Assembly: GCF_009931435.1 (NCBI RefSeq)
Contig: NZ_CP043414.1
Source of the DNA: Escherichia coli
GTDB lineage: Bacteria > Pseudomonadota > Gammaproteobacteria > Enterobacterales > Enterobacteriaceae
Reading direction: 5' to 3' (one strand)
DNA: 64,000 bases
The translations under genes were made by a program, and so were the position numbers. This document shows, piece by piece, positions 18,014 through 34,990 of the stretch (its first letter is position 1; each line of letters begins with the position of its first letter). The notes under the pieces are model-generated. The model searched no databases. It was not told where the DNA came from and was given only the letters and a program-made list of their open reading frames with translations.

Positions 18014-18732
18014 GCCTGTGGTTTACGACATTGCCGGGTGGCTCCAACCGCCTGGCGAATTCGTGGCTTGTTTTTACTCTGTTTCATCGGATTTAGCGTT
18101 AAAGGAATAGTCCGTTTCCGGGCGACAATAAGTTGTAAGCAACCAAGCGCAGGAATATGCGCATTCAATAGTTTTCCACCGTGTTTGTTCCACGGGAGAA
18201 CGTGGAAACGGCTGGCGTGTAACACTTCAAAATTCAACAAAGAGAGCCAGTCCAGCTGCCGCATCAGAGTAAACATCCGGCTATTATAGGGTGAGGTTTT
18301 TCGCAATACCGGCACAAGTTTGCGTAATCCCATTAAACTGATGGGATTGAAGCCGCTAATGACCAACCAACCATCATCAATCAATACCCGATCGGCTTCA
18401 CGTAATAATCGATGCGGATCGGTGCACCACGGCAATGTATGTGCCAGTAGACAAACATCAACGGATTTATCGGCAAAAGGAAGATGAAGTGGGTCCGCCT
18501 GCACCTGGACAGGCATTCCTTGCGCAGAAACATTCACTTGATGAGAAACCGCGCACGCTTCGCAATTGATTTCTGCGCTTAAATTGCCAATCTTAAGCAG
18601 ATGAAAACCATACATTTTAGTGAACCACGGGTTGAGCTGGCGCTCCAGCGCTTTGCGATAAAGCTCTCCCCAGGGCAAATCGCCCCAGCAATCAGGAGCC
18701 ACGACAGTTTGAGGGACTCTTGCCGGTTTCAT
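18010..18732 (-). CDS. yafS: SAM-dependent methyltransferase YafS
   Basis: Translation [22 protein letters not shown]... consistent with YafS; start taken at the second in-frame ATG (18732); 4-nt overlap with the rnhA stop. Confidence 0.85.
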
Positions 18733-18762
18733 CACAACCTTCCGTTTCACACTGAGAGGTAA

Positions 18763-19521
<759 letters not shown>

Positions 19522-19592
19522 TAAAACTTTCTTGTCATCGGCTCCGTTCGCCGTTATGATCGGTCGTCTTTTAAGCAACTATTGACACACAC

Positions 19593-20951
19593 ATGAAGGC
19601 AAAAGCGATATTACTCGCCTCTGTCCTGCTCGTGGGTTGCCAGAGTACCGGCAACGTTCAACAGCACGCACAGAGCCTTTCTGCAGCTGGTCAAGGGGAA
19701 GCAGCAAAGTTTACAAGTCAGGCACGATGGATGGACGATGGGACGTCTATCGCGCCAGATGGTGACTTGTGGGCTTTCATTGGCGACGAGCTAAAGATGG
19801 GAATTCCGGAAAATGACCGGATTCGCGAACAGAAACAGAAATATTTACGCAATAAGAGCTATCTCCACGATGTAACTTTACGGGCAGAGCCGTATATGTA
19901 CTGGATAGCCGGGCAAGTTAAAAAACGTAACATGCCTATGGAACTGGTACTACTACCCATAGTGGAGAGCGCTTTTGATCCTCACGCGACGTCTGGCGCC
20001 AATGCCGCAGGTATTTGGCAGATCATTCCGAGCACGGGGCGCAATTATGGTTTGAAACAGACCCGCAATTATGACGCGCGTCGCGATGTTGTTGCTTCAA
20101 CGACTGCCGCGCTGAACATGATGCAGCGTCTGAACAAGATGTTTGACGGCGACTGGCTTCTGACCGTAGCGGCTTATAACAGCGGCGAAGGTCGGGTCAT
20201 GAAGGCAATTAAAACGAACAAAGCGCGTGGGAAATCCACGGACTTCTGGTCGTTACCGTTGCCGCAGGAAACGAAGCAGTACGTGCCTAAAATGCTGGCA
20301 TTGAGTGATATTCTCAAAAACAGCAAGCGTTATGGTATACGTCTGCCAACGACTGATGAAAGCCGTGCTCTGGCGCGTGTGCACCTGAGCAGCCCGGTTG
20401 AAATGGCGAAGGTTGCAGATATGGCGGGGATTTCCGTCAGCAAGCTGAAGACATTCAACGCTGGCGTGAAAGGCTCCACGCTGGGCGCAAGTGGCCCGCA
20501 GTACGTGATGGTGCCAAAGAAGCATGCAGATCAACTGCGTGAATCTCTGGCTTCTGGCGAAATTGCTGCCGTACAGTCGACACTGGTTGCCGACAATACG
20601 CCGCTTAACAGCCGTGTTTACACCGTACGCTCTGGCGACACGCTTTCAAGCATCGCTTCACGTCTCGGCGTAAGCACCAAAGATTTGCAGCAGTGGAACA
20701 AACTGCGGGGATCTAAGCTGAAAGCAGGCCAAAGTTTGACGATTGGCGCAGGTAGTAGCGCACAGCGGTTGGCAAACAACAGCGATAGCATTACGTATCG
20801 TGTACGCAAAGGCGATTCGCTTTCAAGCATTGCTAAACGCCACGGCGTGAACATCAAAGATGTGATGCGCTGGAACAGCGACACTGCGAATCTGCAACCA
20901 GGCGATAAGCTGACGTTGTTTGTGAAAAACAACAACATGCCAGATTCCTGA
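19593..20951 (+). CDS. mltD: Membrane-bound lytic murein transglycosylase D
   Basis: 452 aa with lipoprotein signal (LLVGC), transglycosylase core and two C-terminal LysM repeats (YTVRSGDTLSSIA / YRVRKGDSLSSIA). Confidence 0.9.
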   Translation: MKAKAILLASVLLVGCQSTGNVQQHAQSLSAAGQGEAAKFTSQARWMDDGTSIAPDGDLWAFIGDELKMGIPENDRIREQKQKYLRNKSYLHDVTLRAEPYMYWIAGQVKKRNMPMELVLLPIVESAFDPHATSGANAAGIWQIIPSTGRNYGLKQTRNYDARRDVVASTTAALNMMQRLNKMFDGDWLLTVAAYNSGEGRVMKAIKTNKARGKSTDFWSLPLPQETKQYVPKMLALSDILKNSKRYGIRLPTTDESRALARVHLSSPVEMAKVADMAGISVSKLKTFNAGVKGSTLGASGPQYVMVPKKHADQLRESLASGEIAAVQSTLVADNTPLNSRVYTVRSGDTLSSIASRLGVSTKDLQQWNKLRGSKLKAGQSLTIGAGSSAQRLANNSDSITYRVRKGDSLSSIAKRHGVNIKDVMRWNSDTANLQPGDKLTLFVKNNNMPDS

Positions 20952-20964
20952 CAAACCAGATAAT

Positions 20965-20996
20965 AAAAAGGCACCGATTCCCCCGGTGCCTTTTTA
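20965..20996. terminator. Bidirectional rho-independent terminator between convergent mltD and yafE
   Basis: Hairpin GGCACCG-(loop)-CGGTGCC flanked by an A-run upstream and a T-run downstream on the plus strand. Confidence 0.6.
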
Positions 20997-20997
20997 T

Positions 20998-21768
20998 TTA
21001 TGCTGCTTTATGTGCTTCTACCATGATGATATCACTGGTGAAAGAGCCATCATTCTGCAAGGCAAAATACGTTTTCACCTCTGTCGATGCGCTCTGTTGG
21101 TAAACGCGAATAGCGTCTACTAACGTTTCTGGCGTACGCATTCTCGCGACCCATGAAGAAAATTCCAGCGGTAACTTATCTGTAATTAAATTATCAACTA
21201 TCAGATTGGCTTCATTGATTAACGTCAACCACTCACCGCTGGCGTAGTTTCGTACGTGTGAGGTATCGCGTAATGCTTCTGCCGTCTGTAACCAGATGTC
21301 GCGCACTGGGTGACCCGGAGACATTACGTCCATCACAATCAGCTTACCGCCAGGTTTCAATATCCGATTCACTTCACGCAGTGCTGCACCAACATCATGC
21401 CAGTGATGGGCAGAATAACGGCTGATAACAATATCAAATGCGTTATCGGCAAATGGCAGACTTTCGGCATAACCCTGGCGGGTGGTGATATTTTTCAGTT
21501 GCCGGGCTTCAGCAGCTTGTGCCACGACATCCAGCATTTGGGCAGATAAGTCATACGCCACCACCGCGCTAACGTTCTGCGCAGCGACAAAGCTGGCATG
21601 CCCTGCTCCGCAGCCCATATCAAGTACACTTGCATCAGGATAATCAGCCAGACGCACCGCCAGGCGCTGTAAATCTCGCCCGGATGCATGTACGGTACTG
21701 GTTAAATACTCACTGGCCTGCGAGCTAAACTGCTTTTCTACGTGGTCATGGTGGGATTGTGTTGTCAT
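20998..21768 (-). CDS. yafE: SAM-dependent methyltransferase YafE
   Basis: 256-aa ORF with methyltransferase motif LDMGCGAGH; position between mltD and yafD; exact start uncertain. Confidence 0.8.
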   Translation of the reverse strand: MTTQSHHDHVEKQFSSQASEYLTSTVHASGRDLQRLAVRLADYPDASVLDMGCGAGHASFVAAQNVSAVVAYDLSAQMLDVVAQAAEARQLKNITTRQGYAESLPFADNAFDIVISRYSAHHWHDVGAALREVNRILKPGGKLIVMDVMSPGHPVRDIWLQTAEALRDTSHVRNYASGEWLTLINEANLIVDNLITDKLPLEFSSWVARMRTPETLVDAIRVYQQSASTEVKTYFALQNDGSFTSDIIMVEAHKAA

Positions 21769-21844
21769 TGCGCTGTCCTTTTGTTATTTGATTAAAAAGG
21801 GCAGCGCCAAACGTTGGTCTGCCCTGTGGCAGACCTGACATACC

Positions 21845-22696
<852 letters not shown>

Positions 22697-22885
22697 CTAC
22701 TGTTATAGGGATTTTAGCTCACTCTTTCAACGAGCAATTGTATATTGTTATGTAAGCAAGTGCTTACACCGGTCAGAAATTTGCTCATTATTGAGAACAT
22801 TAAATCGGATGACATATCACGCATCCTGATGGTTTAATGACAAATAAATTCAAAATATCTCATCTATTTTGCAACAGGAGCAAAA

Positions 22886-23800
22886 ATGAAAGCCACGTCG
22901 GAAGAACTCGCCATTTTTGTTTCGGTCGTCGAAAGCGGCAGCTTTAGCCGGGCAGCGGAACAATTAGGGCAAGCAAACTCAGCGGTAAGCCGGGCGGTGA
23001 AAAAGCTGGAGATGAAACTTGGCGTTAGCCTGCTTAATCGGACCACGCGGCAACTTAGCCTGACAGAAGAAGGCGAGCGTTATTTTCGCCGCGTACAGTC
23101 AATTTTGCAGGAGATGGCAGCGGCAGAATCAGAAATTATGGAGACGCGTAATACACCGCGTGGACTGTTACGGATCGATGCCGCAACTCCAGTGGTGCTG
23201 CACTTTCTGATGCCGTTAATTAAGCCTTTCCGTGAACGCTATCCGGAAGTTACTTTATCGCTAGTCTCCTCCGAAACGATTATTAATTTGATCGAAAGAA
23301 AAGTGGATGTCGCGATACGCGCTGGTACGTTAACGGATTCCAGCTTACGTGCCAGGCCATTGTTTAACAGTTATCGAAAAATTATCGCCTCCCCTGATTA
23401 TATTGCCCGCTACGGCAAGCCAGAAACTATTGACGATTTAAAGCAACATGTTTGCCTGGGATTCACTGAACCCGCTTCCCTCAATACCTGGCCGATAGCC
23501 TGTAGTGATGGACAATTACATGAGGTAAAGTACGGTTTGTCATCCAATAGTGGGGAAACACTGAAACAGCTTTGCCTGAGTGGCAACGGGATTGCGTGTT
23601 TGTCCGACTATATGATCGACAGAGAAATCGCTCGCGGAGAATTGGTGGAGTTAATGGCAGACAAAGTGTTGCCAGTGGAAATGCCATTCAGTGCAGTCTA
23701 TTACAGCGACCGTGCGGTAAGTACGCGCATCCGGGCTTTTATCGATTTCCTTAGCGAGCATGTAAAAACAGCTCCCAGAGGAGCTGTCAGAGAGGCTTAA
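22886..23800 (+). CDS. yafC: LysR-family transcriptional regulator YafC
   Basis: 304 aa with N-terminal helix-turn-helix typical of LysR regulators ([23 protein letters not shown]). Confidence 0.85.
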   Translation: MKATSEELAIFVSVVESGSFSRAAEQLGQANSAVSRAVKKLEMKLGVSLLNRTTRQLSLTEEGERYFRRVQSILQEMAAAESEIMETRNTPRGLLRIDAATPVVLHFLMPLIKPFRERYPEVTLSLVSSETIINLIERKVDVAIRAGTLTDSSLRARPLFNSYRKIIASPDYIARYGKPETIDDLKQHVCLGFTEPASLNTWPIACSDGQLHEVKYGLSSNSGETLKQLCLSGNGIACLSDYMIDREIARGELVELMADKVLPVEMPFSAVYYSDRAVSTRIRAFIDFLSEHVKTAPRGAVREA

Positions 23801-24600
23801 TCCCATTCAGGAGCCAGACCTTCCGGGCTAACCAGGCGGTCGTTGCAATCCAGTGCGGCGATCGCTTTTTTATCTTCGGCATCAAGCTGTAAATTTTGTG
23901 CCTTAAGATTACTCTCCAGGTTTTCACGTCTAGTAGAAGAAGGAATTACCGAGTAACCTTCCCCCATAGCCCACGCCAGAATCACTTGTGCCGGAGTCGC
24001 ATTGTGTTTAGCTGCGATACGAGCAATAACCTCATTTTTCAGTGCCTTACCATAAGCCAGCGTCATATAGGAAGTAATATGGATGCCGTGCTGTTTAGCC
24101 CAATCAACCACTTTACGGTTTTGCAGATAAGGAGAGAGTTCAATCTGGTTAGTAGCGATGTTTTCAGCGCCAACAGCAGCAATCGCTTTTTCCATCAATG
24201 GGATCGTGAAGTTGGAAATACCGATCTCACGCGTCAGACCTTGTTTTTTCGCTTCCAGCAGCGCCTGCATAAACTCTTCAACAGAGACTTCATCGTTTGG
24301 TGACGGCCAGTGGATTAGCGTCAGATCAACATAATCGGTACGCAATTTTTGCAGGCTCTCTTTCAGACTTGGGGTCAATTTATCTTTGCTGAGATTTTCA
24401 ATCCAGATTTTAGTGGTGATGTAGAGTTCATTACGTGGCACGCCACTTTCTGCAATCGCCTGACCTACTGCGGCTTCGTTATCATAGATTTGTGCGGTAT
24501 CAATTGCGCGATAACCAAGTTCAAGCGCCGTTTTCACAGATGAAATAACAACGTCGTCTTTCAGACGAAAAGTACCTAAACCAAATGCAGGGATAGCCAT
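23797..24600 (-). CDS. dkgB: 2,5-diketo-D-gluconate reductase B (aldo-keto reductase)
   Basis: 267 aa, [21 protein letters not shown]...; aldo-keto reductase family; stop codon overlaps the yafC stop (shared TTAA). Confidence 0.9.
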   Translation of the reverse strand: MAIPAFGLGTFRLKDDVVISSVKTALELGYRAIDTAQIYDNEAAVGQAIAESGVPRNELYITTKIWIENLSKDKLTPSLKESLQKLRTDYVDLTLIHWPSPNDEVSVEEFMQALLEAKKQGLTREIGISNFTIPLMEKAIAAVGAENIATNQIELSPYLQNRKVVDWAKQHGIHITSYMTLAYGKALKNEVIARIAAKHNATPAQVILAWAMGEGYSVIPSSTRRENLESNLKAQNLQLDAEDKKAIAALDCNDRLVSPEGLAPEWD

Positions 24601-24722
24601 AATATGCCTCTTTTAATGCTATGTTCGTTAACTGAGATGATTATGGACTTTAGACTGTTGCGGAAAAAGGGCATAAAATGCAGAGGATTTTTGCAATTAT
24701 GGCAACAATAAACATACAGACG

Positions 24723-24750
24723 AAAAAAAACCTCGAGCGTTAACTCGAGG
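24723..24750 (-). terminator. Rho-independent terminator at the distal end of the rRNA operon (after aspU)
   Basis: On the minus strand: CCTCGAG-TTAACG-CTCGAGG hairpin followed by T8. Confidence 0.65.
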
Positions 24751-24762
24751 CTTCTTAATAAG

Positions 24763-24839
24763 TGGCGGAACGGACGGGACTCGAACCCGCGACCCCCTGC
24801 GTGACAGGCAGGTATTCTAACCGACTGAACTACCGCTCC
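24763..24839 (-). tRNA. aspU: tRNA-Asp (anticodon GUC), rRNA-operon distal copy
   Basis: 77 nt, identical to the aspV copy at 16541-16617; lies distal to the 5S gene as in rrnH. Confidence 0.95.
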
Positions 24840-24891
24840 ACCGAATTCTTTTACAACCACCGGTTTTATGACCGGCTTACTGCTTAATTTG

Positions 24892-25011
24892 ATGCCTGGC
24901 AGTTCCCTACTCTCGCATGGGGAGACCCCACACTACCATCGGCGCTACGGCGTTTCACTTCTGAGTTCGGCATGGGGTCAGGTGGGACCACCGCGCTAAG
25001 GCCGCCAGGCA
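24892..25011 (-). rRNA. rrfH: 5S ribosomal RNA
   Basis: 120 nt; reverse complement matches E. coli 5S rRNA end to end (TGCCTGGCGGCC...GGAACTGCCAGGCAT). Confidence 0.95.
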
Positions 25012-25104
25012 AATTCTGTTTCATCAGACCGCTTCTGCGTTCTGATTTAATCTGTATCAGGCTGAAAATCTTCTCTCAATCCGCCAAAACACCTTCGGCG
25101 TTGT

Positions 25105-28008
<2,904 letters not shown>

Positions 28009-28191
28009 TCACAACCCGAAGATGTTTCTTGCGATTCATCATCGTGTTGCGAAAATTTGAGAGACTCACGAACAACTTTCGTTGTTCAGTGTTTCAATTT
28101 TCAGCTTGATCCAGATTTTTAAAGAGCAAAACTTCGCAGTGAACCTTTGCAGGTACACTCTGAAGTATTTTTTATTTAATCACTACAGAGA

Positions 28192-28267
28192 TGGTGGAGC
28201 TATGCGGGATCGAACCGCAGACCTCCTGCGTGCAAAGCAGGCGCTCTCCCAGCTGAGCTATAGCCCC
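28192..28267 (-). tRNA. alaV: tRNA-Ala (anticodon UGC), spacer tRNA
   Basis: 76 nt; reverse complement matches GGGGCTATAGCTCAGCTGGGAGAGCGCCTGCTTTGCACGCAGGAGGTCTGCGGTTCGATCCCGCATAGCTCCACCA. Confidence 0.95.
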
Positions 28268-28309
28268 ATAACATGTAGTTAAAACCTCTTCAAATTTGCG
28301 GTGCAAATT

Positions 28310-28386
<77 letters not shown>

Positions 28387-28454
28387 GTAGAGGTTTTACT
28401 GCTCATTTTCATCAGACAATCTGTGTGAGCACTGCAAAGCACAGTTCTTTAAGG

Positions 28455-29996
<1,542 letters not shown>

Positions 29997-30120
29997 AAAA
30001 GTTTGATGCTCAAAGAATTAAACTTCGTAATGAATTACGTGTTCACTCTTGAGACTTGGTATTCATTTTTCGTCTTGCGACGTTAAGAATCCGTATCTTC
30101 GAGTGCCCACACAGATTGTC

Positions 30121-30140
30121 TGATAAATTGTTAAAGAGCA
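30121..30140 (-). promoter_or_regulatory. rRNA leader boxA antitermination element
   Basis: Minus-strand sequence TGCTCTTTAACAATTTATCA matches the rrn boxA consensus; lies between the promoters and the 16S 5' end. Confidence 0.75.
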
Positions 30141-30180
30141 GTTGCGACGCGGCTTTCAACTCACTGTCGCGAGGTGGCGT

Positions 30181-30208
30181 ATATTACGCTTTCCTCTTTC
30201 AGAGTCAA
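30181..30208 (-). promoter_or_regulatory. rRNA operon promoter P2
   Basis: Minus strand: -35 TTGACT (plus 30203-30208), 16-bp spacer, -10 TAATAT (plus 30181-30186). Confidence 0.6.
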
Positions 30209-30290
30209 CCCTGAATTTCAGGATTTTTCTCTTCAACCGAACCGGCTGTTTGTGTGAAGTGATTCACATCCGCCGTGTCGATGGAGGCGC

Positions 30291-30345
30291 ATTATAGGGA
30301 GTCGTTTCAGGAAGACAAGCGGAAAAATGCATTTTTATTTCAACC
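30291..30345 (-). promoter_or_regulatory. rRNA operon promoter P1 with upstream A/T-rich UP-element region
   Basis: Minus strand: -35 TTGTCT (plus 30313-30318), 16-bp spacer, -10 TATAAT (plus 30291-30296), GC-rich discriminator (GCGCC); AT-rich tract immediately upstream. Confidence 0.6.
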
Positions 30346-30361
30346 GCTCATCTTTTAATCA

Positions 30362-30934
30362 TTACGCCGGTTTTTGCTGCTTTTTTATCGCTTGCGGCAG
30401 GTCTGCCAGGCTATTTAACACCCAATCCGCCGCGTTTTCTGCTTCAGGCGTAATAGGTTTTCCCGTACGCACCAGCACTTTTGTTCCCACGTTCGCCGCA
30501 GCCGCTGCCTGCATATCTTCTAATTTATCGCCCACCATATAAGAAGCGGCCATATCAATATGCAAATAATCGCGTGCTGACAAAAGCATCCCCGGATGTG
30601 GTTTGCGGCAGTCGCAGACCTGGCGAAACTCTTCAACACTACCCTGCGGATGATGCGGGCAATAATAGATACCATCCAGATCGACATCGCGGTCCGCCAG
30701 CGACCAGTCCATCCACTCGGTCAGCGTTTCAAACTGTGCTTCAGTAAATTTACCGCGAGCAATGCCAGACTGGTTGGTTACTACCACCAGCGCAAAGCCC
30801 ATTTTTTTTAGCTCGCGCATGGCGTCAATAACACCGTCGATAAATTCAAAGTTGTCGATCTCATGGACATAGCCGTGATCGACATTAATGGTGCCATCAC
30901 GGTCAAGAAAAATTGCGGGTACGCTCTTCGCCAC
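30362..30934 (-). CDS. gmhB: D-glycero-D-manno-heptose 1,7-bisphosphate phosphatase
   Basis: 190 aa; HAD-superfamily motif FLDRDGT near the N-terminus; matches GmhB. Confidence 0.9.
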   Translation of the reverse strand: MAKSVPAIFLDRDGTINVDHGYVHEIDNFEFIDGVIDAMRELKKMGFALVVVTNQSGIARGKFTEAQFETLTEWMDWSLADRDVDLDGIYYCPHHPQGSVEEFRQVCDCRKPHPGMLLSARDYLHIDMAASYMVGDKLEDMQAAAAANVGTKVLVRTGKPITPEAENAADWVLNSLADLPQAIKKQQKPA

Positions 30935-31023
30935 CTTTTATAGCTCCTTAATAAGGCATGTGACGCTAGTATCGCATGTTTCGACCTGCAAGAAAGTGCT
31001 CTTCGCATAAACCTGATTGATTT

Positions 31024-31047
31024 AGACGTCTGGATGCCTTAACATCC
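31024..31047. promoter_or_regulatory. Candidate MetJ operator (tandem met boxes) upstream of metN
   Basis: Perfect AGACGTCT octamer at 31024-31031 followed by two degenerate octamers (GGATGCCT, TAACATCC), about 75-100 bp upstream of the metN start. Confidence 0.4.
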
Positions 31048-31121
31048 ATTTCATTGACGGCTTTGACCGTTTCAGGCATTCGAAATGCCACGACTAACTT
31101 AATGACGATAATAAATAATCA

Positions 31122-32153
31122 ATGATAAAACTTTCGAATATCACCAAAGTGTTCCACCAGGGCACCCGCACCATCCAGGCGTTGAACAACGTCAGCCTGC
31201 ATGTGCCAGCTGGACAAATTTATGGCGTTATCGGTGCCTCAGGCGCGGGTAAAAGTACGCTTATCCGTTGTGTAAACCTGCTGGAGCGCCCAACCGAGGG
31301 TAGTGTGCTGGTCGATGGTCAGGAACTGACCACGCTGTCAGAATCCGAGTTGACCAAAGCTCGCCGCCAGATTGGTATGATTTTCCAGCATTTTAACCTG
31401 CTCTCTTCGCGCACTGTTTTTGGCAACGTGGCACTGCCGCTGGAGCTGGACAACACGCCGAAAGACGAGATTAAACGTCGCGTGACAGAATTACTGTCAT
31501 TGGTTGGTCTTGGCGATAAGCATGATAGTTACCCGTCTAACCTTTCCGGTGGGCAGAAACAACGTGTGGCGATTGCCCGTGCGTTAGCCAGCAATCCCAA
31601 AGTATTGCTGTGTGATGAGGCCACCAGCGCGCTGGACCCGGCAACAACACGTTCTATTCTCGAACTGCTGAAAGACATCAATCGTCGTCTGGGTTTGACG
31701 ATTCTGTTGATCACCCACGAAATGGACGTTGTGAAGCGCATTTGTGATTGCGTGGCGGTGATCAGTAATGGCGAGTTGATCGAGCAGGACACGGTAAGTG
31801 AAGTGTTCTCGCATCCGAAAACGCCGCTAGCGCAGAAGTTTATTCAGTCGACCCTGCATCTGGATATCCCGGAAGATTACCAGGAACGTCTGCAAGCGGA
31901 GCCATTCACTGACTGCGTGCCGATGCTGCGTCTGGAGTTTACCGGTCAATCGGTCGATGCCCCGCTGCTTTCTGAAACCGCGCGTCGTTTCAACGTCAAT
32001 AACAACATTATTAGCGCGCAGATGGATTACGCCGGTGGCGTTAAGTTCGGCATCATGCTGACTGAAATGCACGGCACACAACAAGATACGCAAGCCGCCA
32101 TTGCCTGGCTGCAGGAACACCATGTAAAAGTAGAGGTACTGGGTTATGTCTGA
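31122..32153 (+). CDS. metN: Methionine ABC transporter ATP-binding protein
   Basis: 343 aa; Walker [13 protein letters not shown] signature LSGGQKQR, Walker [12 protein letters not shown]. Confidence 0.95.
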
Positions 32154-32799
32154 GCCGATGATGTGGCTGCTGGTTCGTGGCGTATGGGAAACGCTGGCAA
32201 TGACCTTCGTATCCGGTTTTTTTGGCTTTGTGATTGGTCTGCCGGTTGGCGTTCTGCTTTATGTCACGCGTCCGGGGCAAATTATTGCTAACGCGAAGCT
32301 GTATCGTACCGTTTCTGCGATTGTGAACATTTTCCGATCCATCCCGTTCATTATCTTGCTGGTATGGATGATTCCGTTTACTCGCGTTATTGTCGGTACA
32401 TCGATTGGTTTGCAGGCAGCGATTGTTCCGTTAACCGTTGGTGCAGCACCGTTTATTGCCCGTATGGTCGAGAACGCTCTGCTGGAGATCCCAACCGGGT
32501 TAATTGAAGCTTCCCGCGCAATGGGTGCTACGCCGATGCAGATCGTGCGCAAAGTGCTGTTACCGGAGGCGTTGCCAGGTCTGGTGAATGCAGCAACTAT
32601 CACCCTGATTACTCTGGTCGGTTATTCCGCAATGGGTGGCGCAGTCGGTGCCGGTGGTTTGGGTCAGATTGGCTATCAGTATGGCTACATCGGTTACAAC
32701 GCGACGGTGATGAATACGGTACTGGTATTGCTGGTCATTCTGGTTTATTTAATTCAGTTCGCAGGCGACCGCATCGTCCGGGCTGTCACTCGCAAATAA
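32146..32799 (+). CDS. metI: Methionine ABC transporter permease
   Basis: 217 aa polytopic membrane protein; 8-nt overlap with metN. Confidence 0.95.
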
Positions 32800-32838
32800 C
32801 GTTCAACACAACATAAATAATTGAAGAAGGAATAAGGT

Positions 32839-33654
32839 ATGGCGTTCAAATTCAAAACCTTTGCGGCAGTGGGAGCCCTGATTGGATCACTGGCACTGGT
32901 AGGCTGCGGTCAGGATGAAAAAGATCCAAACCACATTAAAGTCGGCGTGATTGTTGGTGCCGAACAGCAGGTTGCAGAAGTCGCGCAGAAAGTCGCGAAA
33001 GACAAATATGGCCTGGACGTTGAGCTGGTCACCTTCAACGACTATGTTCTGCCAAACGAAGCATTGAGCAAAGGCGATATCGACGCCAACGCCTTCCAGC
33101 ATAAACCGTACCTTGATCAGCAACTGAAAGATCGTGGCTACAAACTGGTCGCAGTAGGCAACACGTTTGTGTATCCGATTGCCGGTTACTCCAAGAAAAT
33201 CAAATCGCTGGATGAACTGCAGGATGGTTCGCAGGTTGCCGTGCCAAACGACCCGACTAACCTTGGTCGTTCACTGCTGCTGCTGCAAAAAGTGGGCTTG
33301 ATCAAACTGAAAGATGGCGTTGGCCTGTTGCCAACAGTTCTTGATGTTGTTGAGAACCCAAAAAACCTGAAAATTGTTGAGCTGGAAGCACCGCAGCTGC
33401 CGCGCTCTCTGGACGATGCGCAAATCGCTCTGGCGGTTATCAACACCACCTATGCCAGCCAGATTGGCCTGACTCCGGCGAAAGACGGTATCTTTGTCGA
33501 AGATAAAGAGTCTCCGTACGTAAACCTGATCGTGACGCGTGAAGATAACAAAGACGCAGAGAATGTGAAGAAATTCGTCCAGGCTTATCAGTCTGACGAA
33601 GTTTACGAAGCAGCGAACAAAGTGTTTAACGGTGGCGCTGTTAAAGGCTGGTAA
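32839..33654 (+). CDS. metQ: Methionine-binding lipoprotein
   Basis: 271 aa with lipoprotein signal (LVGC) and NlpA-family substrate-binding fold. Confidence 0.95.
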   Translation: MAFKFKTFAAVGALIGSLALVGCGQDEKDPNHIKVGVIVGAEQQVAEVAQKVAKDKYGLDVELVTFNDYVLPNEALSKGDIDANAFQHKPYLDQQLKDRGYKLVAVGNTFVYPIAGYSKKIKSLDELQDGSQVAVPNDPTNLGRSLLLLQKVGLIKLKDGVGLLPTVLDVVENPKNLKIVELEAPQLPRSLDDAQIALAVINTTYASQIGLTPAKDGIFVEDKESPYVNLIVTREDNKDAENVKKFVQAYQSDEVYEAANKVFNGGAVKGW

Positions 33655-33691
33655 TTTTTAGGCTGTTTCCACAATTTGTAATATCATTCAG

Positions 33692-33720
33692 GACGGGCGC
33701 TTGCCCGTCTTGTCATTTTT
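33692..33720 (+). terminator. Rho-independent terminator after metQ
   Basis: GACGGGC-GCTT-GCCCGTC hairpin followed by a T-rich tract. Confidence 0.5.
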
Positions 33721-33771
33721 ACAAGCTCCTGATTCAATATTGACGTTTTGATCATACATTGAGGAAATACT

Positions 33772-34176
33772 ATGCGTGCTTTACCGATCTGTTTAGTAGC
33801 ACTCATGCTAAGCGGCTGTTCCATGTTAAGCAGATCCCCTGTCGAACCCGTTCAAAGCACTGCACCCCAGCCGAAAGCGGAGCCTGCAAAACCGAAAGCA
33901 CCGCGCGCCGCGCCGGTCCGAATTTATACCAATGCAGAAGAATTAGTCGGCAAACCATTCCGCGATCTCGGTGAAGTCAGTGGCGATTCTTGCCAGGCCT
34001 CTAATCAGGACTCTCCGCCGAGCATTCCAACCGCGCGTAAGCGGATGCAAATCAATGCCTCTAAAATGAAAGCCAATGCGGTATTACTGCATAGCTGCGA
34101 AGTTACCAGCGGTACGCCAGGCTGCTATCGTCAGGCTGTATGTATCGGTTCTGCGCTTAACATTACGGCGAAATGA
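33772..34176 (+). CDS. rcsF: Outer-membrane lipoprotein RcsF (Rcs phosphorelay sensor)
   Basis: 134 aa; lipobox LSGC; Pro/Ala/Lys-rich linker; C-terminal cysteine-containing domain. Confidence 0.9.
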   Translation: MRALPICLVALMLSGCSMLSRSPVEPVQSTAPQPKAEPAKPKAPRAAPVRIYTNAEELVGKPFRDLGEVSGDSCQASNQDSPPSIPTARKRMQINASKMKANAVLLHSCEVTSGTPGCYRQAVCIGSALNITAK

Positions 34177-34880
34177 GCAGTTTCCAGTTCGAGCAAATAG
34201 GCGTTATTCGCTCGCCCTATAAAGAAAAATTCGCCGTTCCGCGCCAGCCAGGTCTGGTAAAAAGCGCCAACGGTGAACTGCATCTCATTGCTCCCTACAA
34301 CCAGGCCGACGCCGTTCGCGGCCTGGAAGCGTTTAGCCATTTATGGATCCTTTTTGTCTTTCATCAAACAATGGAAGGCGGCTGGCGTCCGACTGTGCGT
34401 CCACCGCGCCTCGGCGGTAACGCCAGAATGGGCGTTTTCGCCACACGCTCTACTTTCCGCCCTAACCCGATTGGTATGTCGCTGGTAGAGCTGAAGGAAG
34501 TTATTTGTCATAAAGATAGCGTGATTCTGAAGCTCGGCAGTCTGGATCTGGTCGATGGTACGCCGGTGGTAGATATCAAACCGTATCTTCCCTTTGCCGA
34601 ATCGCTTCCTGATGCCAGTGCCAGCTATGCGCAAAGTGCACCAGCGGCAGAGATGGCGGTGAGTTTTACCTTAGAGGTCGAAAAGCAGCTTTTGACATTG
34701 GAGAAGCGCTATCCGCAGTTAACGCTGTTTATCCGCGAAGTACTGGCGCAGGACCCGCGTCCAGCCTATCGTAAAGGTGAGGAAACGGGCAAAACCTATG
34801 CCGTCTGGCTGCATAATTTTAACGTTCGCTGGCGCGTCACCGACGCTGGTTTTGAAGTCTTTGCGCTGGAACCGCGTTAA
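34173..34880 (+). CDS. tsaA: tRNA (adenine37-N6)-methyltransferase TsaA (YaeB)
   Basis: 235 aa; conserved position between rcsF and proS; ATGA overlap with rcsF. Confidence 0.85.
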   Translation: MSSFQFEQIGVIRSPYKEKFAVPRQPGLVKSANGELHLIAPYNQADAVRGLEAFSHLWILFVFHQTMEGGWRPTVRPPRLGGNARMGVFATRSTFRPNPIGMSLVELKEVICHKDSVILKLGSLDLVDGTPVVDIKPYLPFAESLPDASASYAQSAPAAEMAVSFTLEVEKQLLTLEKRYPQLTLFIREVLAQDPRPAYRKGEETGKTYAVWLHNFNVRWRVTDAGFEVFALEPR

Positions 34881-34990
34881 ATTCGCGCCCTTCTCTTTTG
34901 ACATTTCTTTTGCACTGGTAAACTAAATCACTTTTTTTGTCCCAGGCTCGCCTTGAGCCTGCTCTACCTTCCAACTGGAACCGTAACAAC

